Shown piece by piece: positions 8,318 through 14,792 of a DNA stretch of 32,000 nucleotides (the first letter of the stretch is position 1; every line of letters starts with the position of its first letter). The DNA is from Vulcanisaeta distributa DSM 14429. Lineage in GTDB: Archaea; Thermoproteota; Thermoprotei; Thermoproteales; Thermocladiaceae. The translations under genes were made by a program, and so were the position numbers. Location of the stretch: the NCBI RefSeq assembly GCF_000148385.1, contig NC_014537.1:480001-512000 (forward strand), given 5' to 3'. Below the pieces are notes generated by a model. That model made no database searches. It was not told where the DNA came from and saw nothing but the letters and a program-made list of their open reading frames with translations.

Positions 8318-9790
8318 ATGGGTGGGCAGTTAATCCGTAAGGCACTGCTAATCGCCATAATAGCATTGGCCTTACTTGAAGGCTACTTGGTGTATATGTA
8401 CGTATTCGGTAGCCCATTCCCATACATAGGGACACTGAGTATAGGCCCGTACCAGTTAATCGCTGTGAGGAATAATGAGGTGATTCTATATGGCGAGTAT
8501 TCGCCACCATCATTTCGCACATTAATTACTGAAATAATAATTAAGGGTGTCAATATGATTAATGGCAGAACGCTGTGGATGACGAACGTGGTATCAAGCA
8601 GTCTCATATCACCGTTAATTGCCTTCTCCCTAGTTAATAATGATCTATTTCTCATAACCTACGGCCAATATGTTTACCATATTGATAAATGGATCATTGC
8701 CGAGACAACCATAAATGCAACCGTGATAAACGCATTAACGGGTAACGTAATAAGCTCCACGGCAATTGAAGCCACGCCGTACGTCGCCGTACTCAACGTG
8801 ATTAATAATCACGTGTATATACTAATATTCCCACCATCAACCAACAGCATGATCATAACCTATTACAAACTAAGCGACTCACCACCATACATCACGCTGG
8901 CCTGGAATCAAACATTAACCAACGTGTGCGGCCCATATGGCTCAGCAGTAGTTGTGGGAATCCATGAGGGCATTAAGTATGTGCTAATGACCATACCGTG
9001 CAACAAGGCAATACGCATATACCTACTAAATAGGATAAACGGCAGGGTAGTAAGGAGCATATTCATTAAGTCGCCACTGGGTGTCACCAGGGTTTACGGC
9101 GTAATAAACGACACGGTAATCTACCTATGTGGGCCCCGCATATGTGGTACGAACATGGTGACTAACGAGACCTGGTCAATACCAATAATGGGCTACCTAA
9201 CCTCAGTAACGACGTATGGAGACAAAGCCATAATACTAATGATGAGCAACAACACGCTGATTATGAGCACAGTGGCCTCAAATGGCACGGTACTCGTGAG
9301 CAGGGCAATCTGGAGTTACAAACCACCCTGGTGCGCACCGAGCTACGCCGTGGAGATATACTCCTTCAGCGCCGGCGCAATCCACCTAGTGGGCAATTAC
9401 TTCCTGGTACTGGCGGGCCCATTCGCATTAACATACACGGCGAGCGGCTACGTGTGCCTACCCGAAGCCATGATAATAGTTAATGCGGGCAACGGCAAGG
9501 TAATAACCAGGATAACCAGGTCCACGTGGTCTGGAATAAGCGGAGACCTAGGACCAAACCTATACATAGACTACACAAGCAACAACACAATCATCTATAC
9601 ACAATGTCAATTAGGCCACTGCACCACGTATGAAACAACACCAAGAACCCTAATTAAGGACCAATGGTACTACGCAATAACCGACACACCCTACCCAACA
9701 ATCACCACAACAACACTACTAATCGCATCAACAATACTATACGAAACAACCAAGGAAAACAAAATACAAAGAAACAAAACAAATTTTTAA
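8318..9790 (+). CDS. Predicted surface glycoprotein, paralog B, in tandem with 6846-8303
   Basis: 490 aa and starts 14 nt after paralog A's stop. Shared blocks: KALLI-II N-terminus, KGVNxxxGRxxWM, IYxCGxxICG, NxTWxxPIxGxxTSVTxxGDKA, SNGxxLxxRxxW, NxxNGxV, and (W/Q)WYYxIxDTPY plus a TM helix. Six cysteines align between the two proteins. Confidence 0.75.
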   Translation: MGGQLIRKALLIAIIALALLEGYLVYMYVFGSPFPYIGTLSIGPYQLIAVRNNEVILYGEYSPPSFRTLITEIIIKGVNMINGRTLWMTNVVSSSLISPLIAFSLVNNDLFLITYGQYVYHIDKWIIAETTINATVINALTGNVISSTAIEATPYVAVLNVINNHVYILIFPPSTNSMIITYYKLSDSPPYITLAWNQTLTNVCGPYGSAVVVGIHEGIKYVLMTIPCNKAIRIYLLNRINGRVVRSIFIKSPLGVTRVYGVINDTVIYLCGPRICGTNMVTNETWSIPIMGYLTSVTTYGDKAIILMMSNNTLIMSTVASNGTVLVSRAIWSYKPPWCAPSYAVEIYSFSAGAIHLVGNYFLVLAGPFALTYTASGYVCLPEAMIIVNAGNGKVITRITRSTWSGISGDLGPNLYIDYTSNNTIIYTQCQLGHCTTYETTPRTLIKDQWYYAITDTPYPTITTTTLLIASTILYETTKENKIQRNKTNF

Positions 9791-9799
9791 CAAACAAAA
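9789..9799 (-). terminator. Oligo-T tract (TTTTGTTTGTT on the minus strand) immediately after the eS30 stop
   Basis: Archaeal terminators are T-rich, and this tract begins directly 3' of the minus-strand TAG at 9802-9800. It lies in the 9-nt gap plus the tail between the convergent genes. Confidence 0.35.
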
Positions 9800-9959
9800 C
9801 TACGAAACCTGCTGACCCTGACCAAGCCTATAAAGCAAACGCCTATAATTACGACTATTCCTCCTCCTAGGAATAAGATTCTTCTTAGGCTTAGGCGGAA
9901 TCCTAGGTGTCTGACTCCTCACCTTACCTGCCTTTGTCAGTGACCCATGGCTAAGGCAT
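9800..9959 (-). CDS. rps30e: 30S ribosomal protein eS30 (S30e); absent from the ORF track; ATG is one nt out of frame with the conserved body
   Basis: Minus-strand translation from 9949 to stop 9802-9800 gives [49 protein letters not shown]. This matches the eS30 signature (HGSL-x-x-AGKVR-x-QTP, as in the human FAU S30 moiety). An ATG at 9959-9957, preceded by GAGGGG, reads ATG CCT TAG and is +1 relative to the body. Confidence 0.8.
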
Positions 9960-10067
9960 ATCCCCTCTTAATACACACGATGTTTGTAATGATTTATAAA
10001 TATTTCCTCCATTACATTATTTTTAGCGTAGTAATTTATCTTGAAGAATGAGAGAGTTATGTGAAAG

Positions 10068-10081
10068 TAATTTATAAATTA
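10068..10081 (+). promoter_or_regulatory. TATA-like box (AATTTATAAATTA) centred about 25 nt upstream of ATG 10100
   Basis: Box at 10069-10081 with the same spacing seen at other first-in-operon genes in this window. Confidence 0.45.
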
Positions 10082-10099
10082 TGTTGAGCATATTTAATA

Positions 10100-11686
10100 A
10101 TGATGGAGCATAGCTCTTCCAATTATGTTAATGATATTGAAATGATAATACATGATTATAACGATAAAACACTGGATATTCAGGAATTACATAATTTATT
10201 ATCTGCATTAAGGCAATTAATAACTAATAATTGGGATTATATTAAGAATATATATGCAAGAGATTCCGTGAGAAATTCTAAACTCGGTTCTTTAATGTAC
10301 CCTACAGATATTCACCTTAAAGTTGGAATAGCTTCTGATTCCAATACGTTGATAAATAATGATAAAGCTATACCATTATTAAGCGGCTTTTTCATTAGTG
10401 ATGCTACGTTGATACGTGATAAAAATAAAGTTACTGCATTAGCAATAAATACTCCAGACCCTAGTCTCGCGACATCGTTTATCTTCACATTACTAAGTTA
10501 CTCCGGTAAGAATTACGTAAAGGATTATATATCGGTGATCTTAATAGAAGGTAAGAATAAAAAATCAGTTTCATTTAAACATATAATCAGTGATAATGCG
10601 AAATTTTTAGAAAAATTTTCAATATATCTCGTTACCAAAGATGATATTTACCAACTTATAGATATAAATCATAACCTTATTACCAGTGAGCTAAAGGATT
10701 GGCTTAAGTGGACCCTTAATAATTGGGATAATCCTCACTATTATATAATCCTCAGAAAACAATTAAAGTTTGTTAAGTATTCAATAAATGGATTATTAAC
10801 TAGGGACTCGATATTCACTTGGTACCTTGGTGATGGTGTTAGAGGCCATTTTAACCGTGGGGCTTTCGATATAGGTTTATCATTTATAACTGATCCACTT
10901 ATTTTTAAATTCATGAATAGGTTTTTATGCACCTTATATAATTGCGACTCTAAGTTCTTTGGAGGACATGGTGCGCGAAATAGCGAACATTATATTGTAT
11001 GTCCTGTTAAAGCTGAGGTTATTAAGGACATTGTGGAGTGGGCAGGGAAATGGCCTAAGTATGGCTTAACGCAGAGAGTTCTTGATCTGCTTGAAGCCAT
11101 TAAATACGGTAAACTATGCGAAGGCTATCGTAAGTGGCCTACTATTGACATTGATGGATTTGAGCTGATTATTCGTAAACATAATATGGGAAATAGATGG
11201 TATTTAACTAAGAGTGCCGCAAGTAAAGAGTATTTAGACGCAATAGCAGCACTACTAAAGCAAAAGTTCGAGATAAATGCCAATATTCGAGAAAATAAAT
11301 GGGGCTACGAATTATACGTGTCCATTGAGGATACTAGGCGTATTCTGAGGATGCTTGGTGTTTATGAGAGGTTTTATGGCGAGCCGAGGAGATTGCCGAG
11401 TGTTGATGATGTGATTGGCGTGCTTAGGCGGTATGGTATTAGGAGGTGGCATGTGCATGAGGCGAGGGCTCGTAATGGTAATGGTTATGAGTATACCGAG
11501 GCCTGCGTATTGATCTCCCTGGGTGATTCCGGGGAGGCTATGAGGCTTAGGGATGAGCTTGTTGGGCTTGGTGTTAGGGTTCGTAAGGTTGTGTGGGGCA
11601 CGGTCATTGTCTGCAGGACTGAGGATAGGCTGCTTTTAACGAAGGCCTTAAGTACCATGGGCCTAGGTGGTGTGGATTCCACCTAA
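10100..11686 (+). CDS. Hypothetical 528-aa protein with two LAGLIDADG-like motifs; compositional chimera
   Basis: The ORF is long and uninterrupted. Residues 92-135 (PLLSGFFISDATLIRDKNKVTALAINTPDPSLATSFIFTLLSYSG) and 238-281 (IFTWYLGDGVRGHFNRGAFDIGLSFITDPLIFKFMNRFLCTLYN) follow the helix-strand-strand-helix pattern of LAGLIDADG domains. The functional call is tentative. Confidence 0.6.
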   Translation: MMEHSSSNYVNDIEMIIHDYNDKTLDIQELHNLLSALRQLITNNWDYIKNIYARDSVRNSKLGSLMYPTDIHLKVGIASDSNTLINNDKAIPLLSGFFISDATLIRDKNKVTALAINTPDPSLATSFIFTLLSYSGKNYVKDYISVILIEGKNKKSVSFKHIISDNAKFLEKFSIYLVTKDDIYQLIDINHNLITSELKDWLKWTLNNWDNPHYYIILRKQLKFVKYSINGLLTRDSIFTWYLGDGVRGHFNRGAFDIGLSFITDPLIFKFMNRFLCTLYNCDSKFFGGHGARNSEHYIVCPVKAEVIKDIVEWAGKWPKYGLTQRVLDLLEAIKYGKLCEGYRKWPTIDIDGFELIIRKHNMGNRWYLTKSAASKEYLDAIAALLKQKFEINANIRENKWGYELYVSIEDTRRILRMLGVYERFYGEPRRLPSVDDVIGVLRRYGIRRWHVHEARARNGNGYEYTEACVLISLGDSGEAMRLRDELVGLGVRVRKVVWGTVIVCRTEDRLLLTKALSTMGLGGVDST

Positions 11687-11691
11687 GCCGC

Positions 11692-12060
11692 CTAGTATAG
11701 GAGTAATGTCCTCTCCCTTAAGCGGCCGGTCACTGGGTCGACCTCGAGCTCGAGGACCTCAAGGGTGGTTACGCCGATTAGGACCTTATCGATTACGTCG
11801 GAAACAAGCACTGGGACGACCTCACCCCTTCCCTCAACCTCAACCCAGGCCCTAGACCTATCAACCTTAATAACCCCAGCCCCAGTCTCAACCCTAGACT
11901 TGCCGGTAATCACCAGGCCAAGCTCATTGGCCAGTGAGCGTGGTATCACGGTTAAGGTTGCGCCCGTGTCTACCAGGGCCTTAACCTCAATAACCCTACT
12001 CAAGTCAACGCTACCAATCCTGGCGTTAACCCAAACGTGCCTCATCAATGAGTAATGCAT
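11692..12060 (-). CDS. Retropepsin-like (clan AA) aspartic protease
   Basis: 122 aa with the catalytic ALVDTGATLTVIP (DTGA) motif. Size is typical of single-domain archaeal/bacterial retropepsin-like proteins that act as dimers. The ATG at 12045 is an alternative start. Confidence 0.75.
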   Translation of the reverse strand: MHYSLMRHVWVNARIGSVDLSRVIEVKALVDTGATLTVIPRSLANELGLVITGKSRVETGAGVIKVDRSRAWVEVEGRGEVVPVLVSDVIDKVLIGVTTLEVLELEVDPVTGRLRERTLLLY

Positions 12061-12066
12061 TGCGGG

Positions 12067-12085
12067 TTTAATAACCCTTTAATAC
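12067..12085. promoter_or_regulatory. Back-to-back TATA-like boxes (TTTAATAA / TTTAATAC) in the 39-bp divergent spacer
   Basis: Box 12067-12074 read on the minus strand is about 25 nt from ATG 12045 of the protease. Box 12078-12085 read on the plus strand is about 25 nt from the in-frame GTG 12106 of the HEPN gene. Confidence 0.35.
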
Positions 12086-12099
12086 AAGCCTTAAGGTGA

Positions 12100-12516
12100 G
12101 TGGCTGTGGATAGGTTGAGTGAGGCTGAGAGGTGGCTTAGGCAGTCCCTCAGGGACTTGGACGCCGCTAGGGGTAGCTTGGCTGGTGGTTACTATGAGTG
12201 GGCATGCTTCCAGGCCCAGCAGGCTGCTGAAAAGGCCGTTAAGGCCCTGCTTCACGGGCTTGGCGTAGGCGCGTGGGGGCATAGTATAGTTGAGCTCCTT
12301 GACATGCTTAGGGATAGGTACAATATCGAGGGATTGATGCCATTGGCTAGGGAGTTGGATAGGCACTACATACCCGCAAGGTACCCAAACTCCTTCGAAA
12401 GTGGATACCCCGCGATGTATTATGATAATGAAGTTGCGGAAAGGGCTATTAAGGCTGCCGAGGCAATCATAACGTGGGTGAGGGAGAGACTAAGAGAGCT
12501 TGGCTTAGCGACTTAA
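12100..12516 (+). CDS. HEPN-domain protein, classical PF05168-type
   Basis: 138 aa. Contains EAERWLRQSLRDLDAA, WACFQAQQAAEKAVKALL, and RELDRHYIPARYPN, which includes an Rx4H motif. It is paired with a downstream minimal NTase. Confidence 0.85.
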   Translation: MAVDRLSEAERWLRQSLRDLDAARGSLAGGYYEWACFQAQQAAEKAVKALLHGLGVGAWGHSIVELLDMLRDRYNIEGLMPLARELDRHYIPARYPNSFESGYPAMYYDNEVAERAIKAAEAIITWVRERLRELGLAT

Positions 12517-12884
12517 GGAAATACGTCAGCGACATATCATCCGCAATACCAGTTGAGGCTATTATACTGTACGGCTCAGCGGCGAGGAATCTAAACGGGT
12601 CCTGGAGCGACATTGATGTCCTAGTGATCAGCGACGCCTTCAGGGGCATTCCCATACCGGACAGAATCAGTCTTCTCCTCAGGTTCAAGAGGGGGCGTAT
12701 TGAGGCATTGGGCTACACATTTGATGAATTGGTCAGGATGGTTAATGCCATGAACCCACTGGCATTAAATGCATTAATCGAGGGTAGAATTATCGTGGGT
12801 AGTGACAGGGTTAGGAAACTGGCCGAGGAGACTAGGAAACGCTTCATAAGGAGAGGTAGGGCGTGGTTCATGATACCAGGTTAA
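12474..12884 (+). CDS. Minimal nucleotidyltransferase, partner of the upstream HEPN protein
   Basis: 136 aa with the signature ILYGSAARNLNGSWSDIDVLVIS. The ORF overlaps the HEPN gene's 3' end by 43 nt if GTG 12474 is the start. Confidence 0.85.
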   Translation: MGEGETKRAWLSDLRKYVSDISSAIPVEAIILYGSAARNLNGSWSDIDVLVISDAFRGIPIPDRISLLLRFKRGRIEALGYTFDELVRMVNAMNPLALNALIEGRIIVGSDRVRKLAEETRKRFIRRGRAWFMIPG

Positions 12885-12999
12885 GGCAATTTTAAGGGGA
12901 TATCTTTGGGTAAAGTACCGGGGTAATTCATGTAGTAAAATGGGTATGAGTATAATGAGGATTTTAATTTGAATTTTAAACATGAGAATGAGATCTTCA

Positions 13000-13992
13000 T
13001 TAACCGCAGATAGACAGCCAACCGGAGCTTGATGGTGAGTTGAGTATTGCCGTGCCCGATGTAACGTAGTAAATACCCGCTGGGTATAGGTCCCAGGTAA
13101 CTGATCCAGTCGCAACCTGCCCATAGATGCCATAACCATTCTCATTAATGCCGAAGTAGAAACCCGTTGACTCCTTAACCTGGACAAACGAGACCGGTGG
13201 TGAGAATGGGATTTGTGGTGCCGCTAAGTTGCCCCGGCCACTCCATACTTGTCCGCCAATGGTTATTTTGTTGTAGAAGGTGTACCCAGGTATGCCGCCG
13301 ACGTTTATCCAGCCCGTGGCCCAGTAAATATTTAATACGCAGTCAGTCTCATACTGAACATACTGATCAGACTTAGCTAGTATTAAACCAAGCATGTCCT
13401 TAAGAATCCACTTAATAGCGGCAGTCTCAATTATGTTATCACCGTATTCACTGGGCTTCGCTAGTAGTACGTTTATGGCGTAGGGCACGTACTTGAGGAG
13501 ACTTGGATCCGTTTTATTTAACTCCTGCAATACCTGATTATCGAGTAGGTACGTGAGTTCTAGGGATGAGCCATTTATGACGGTGTAATTGTAGAAGTAG
13601 TACGTTAGTGTTACGTTAACGCCCCTTACCCTAACCCAACCCCTGAATGCGTTCGGTATGATCAGGACGATGGCCTTGGACCCACTGAGCTTGATAAATG
13701 CCTGAGGCATCACCCTGTATAGGCTCATGAACCCGTTAACACTCGTTATATTGAATACGTACTGAGACCCATTCGGTAGCATCAATACGGCTAAGCCGCC
13801 ATTGACAAATTGTAGCACTGGATTAACCACGGTGGTACCGTTGGGATACTTAGTGACGGGAAAGATTAGCTTAACCGTGAGGTAGGCAGGCTCGTAGTAC
13901 AATGGGAGTAAGTACGTGAGTAATACGGCGGCGAATAGGGCAGCCACGCTAAGGATGATTATGAGTCCCCTCTTATTCATTGTTCGGTTCAC
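13000..13992 (-). CDS. Predicted secreted/surface protein with class-III-like signal peptide
   Basis: 330-aa ORF. The likely true start is ATG 13980 (MNKRG|LIIILSVAALFAAVLL), because a TATA-like box lies about 25 nt upstream of it. The protein has many N-x-S/T sequons and an aromatic/Gly-rich C-terminal part. No family was recognised. Confidence 0.7.
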   Translation of the reverse strand: MNRTMNKRGLIIILSVAALFAAVLLTYLLPLYYEPAYLTVKLIFPVTKYPNGTTVVNPVLQFVNGGLAVLMLPNGSQYVFNITSVNGFMSLYRVMPQAFIKLSGSKAIVLIIPNAFRGWVRVRGVNVTLTYYFYNYTVINGSSLELTYLLDNQVLQELNKTDPSLLKYVPYAINVLLAKPSEYGDNIIETAAIKWILKDMLGLILAKSDQYVQYETDCVLNIYWATGWINVGGIPGYTFYNKITIGGQVWSGRGNLAAPQIPFSPPVSFVQVKESTGFYFGINENGYGIYGQVATGSVTWDLYPAGIYYVTSGTAILNSPSSSGWLSICG

Positions 13993-13998
13993 TAAGTT

Positions 13999-14010
13999 AC
14001 CTTATCTTAA
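13999..14010 (-). promoter_or_regulatory. TATA-like box (TTAAGATAAG on the minus strand) about 25 nt upstream of ATG 13980
   Basis: The plus-strand sequence CTTATCTTAA at 14001-14010 gives this box. The spacing argues for ATG 13980 rather than GTG 13992 as the start. Confidence 0.4.
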
Positions 14011-14370
14011 TCCTAACTAATATGTATATCGCTGGTATTATTTTGAAAAATTCCTGGACAAGGTTAATGAGGCATTTTAGGCATTGAGCGGTGGTGATTG
14101 GCGCATCCTAGGCTGAGGGGGTGATGAGCTGGGGTTAGATGATTATTAAGGATTGTTAATTAATCACCGTCGGCCCGGTTTACATCACCGGTTCAGTGGG
14201 GACGGGAGAAGCTCATCCAATTACTTACTCACCAGCACTTCCCTTATCAACCTTTCCCAATCCTAGTCCTGGTTAGATTCCCTTATTTTGTACCCAGTGG
14301 TTCCCACGTATAGCAATACTACGTGAGCTATACACAATAGTGATGTGGATATCCCTGAATCTAAAGTTTA

Positions 14371-14751
14371 GTGTTGACATGCCTCAGAATTACACCCGTT
14401 TGTTATATGGGCTTGGTTTGCCTGGATCCTCATTATTCCTATTGCTTTTCGGTTATCGGCTTCGCCCTAATAACCAAGTTCCTCAGGGATGATGATGCGG
14501 AGTTTGGGCTTAATTTTAGGAGGGTTCTTCTTCAGTCCCTGGTCTACCTAGCCCTATGCCTTGTCATGCCCGTCGGCGAGCTCGGCTTTATATATGACGT
14601 CACAGGCTTCCCACTGCGCTTAAGTACTTCAGCACCCACGTCTAATGATTCAGCCGTCCTTTACACGGCTACCCACGTCCCAGTAATAATCATCACTTTA
14701 ATACCCATCTACGCCTTTGCCGCAACCAGGGGCGTATATGCCGTGCCCTAA
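14371..14751 (+). CDS. Doubtful ORF, possibly a small membrane protein
   Basis: This is the only long ORF (126 codons) in the roughly 800-bp gap 13993-14792. It has three hydrophobic stretches but no recognisable motif. 48 of 126 codons end in C, against 15 of the first 60 codons of the adjacent ATPase gene. It could be a chance ORF or an antisense-shadow ORF. Confidence 0.3.
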   Translation: MLTCLRITPVCYMGLVCLDPHYSYCFSVIGFALITKFLRDDDAEFGLNFRRVLLQSLVYLALCLVMPVGELGFIYDVTGFPLRLSTSAPTSNDSAVLYTATHVPVIIITLIPIYAFAATRGVYAVP

Positions 14752-14754
14752 TTC

Positions 14755-14772
14755 CTCAAAAGGTATTTTAAC
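14755..14772 (+). promoter_or_regulatory. Purine-rich tract plus TATA-like box (AAAAGGTATTTTAAC) centred about 26 nt upstream of GTG 14793
   Basis: Box at 14762-14772 preceded by AAAAGG, which is BRE-like. It suggests the ATPase/Toprim-like/unknown operon has its own promoter and a leaderless first gene. Confidence 0.45.
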
Positions 14773-14792
14773 TACGTTGTTGTAATTACTCT

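Noticed and set aside
8092-8655. Three minus-strand ORFs (8092-8358, 8262-8522, 8383-8655) spanning the junction of the tandem paralogs.
   Set aside because: They are antisense to the two well-supported paralogous plus-strand genes, they overlap each other, and they have no motifs.
9664-9870. 68-aa plus-strand ORF with N/T/K-rich low-complexity sequence.
   Set aside because: It overlaps the 3' end of paralog B in another frame and lies antisense to the eS30 gene, which has a far stronger identity.
9950-9960. Programmed +1 frameshift at CCT TAG C as the explanation for the eS30 start anomaly.
   Set aside because: The site is only two codons into the ORF, and CCU does not re-pair well in the +1 frame. 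A 1-nt assembly or sequencing error, or a real mutation, is the more economical explanation. It cannot be resolved without reads or orthologs.
11667-12366. ORFs 11667-11855 (+), 11765-12055 (+) and 12091-12366 (-).
   Set aside because: They are antisense shadows of the retropepsin-like protease gene and of the HEPN gene. Their translations are Pro/Arg/Ser/Thr-rich with no motifs.
12467-13187. Minus-strand ORFs 12467-12688 and 12774-13187.
   Set aside because: They are antisense to the NTase gene or overlap the 3' end of the 13000-13992 gene. No motif supports them.
14100-14220. Possible C/D-box sRNA or structured RNA. The evidence was a GTGATGA word at 14121-14127, an 8-bp long-range complement (GATGAGCT at 14123-14130 with AGCTCATC at 14210-14217) and small hairpins between them.
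   Set aside because: There is no properly spaced CTGA D/D' boxes or C' box on either strand. An 8-bp complement and short AT hairpins are expected by chance in 800 bp. RNA-seq or Infernal would be needed to revive this idea.
14040-14760. Possible multi-stop pseudogene on the minus strand, opposite ORF 14371-14751 and extending to about 14170.
   Set aside because: I translated the aligned minus frame. It contains about 11 stops in about 215 codons, which is roughly the random expectation, and no recognisable motif. There is no evidence for a decayed gene.
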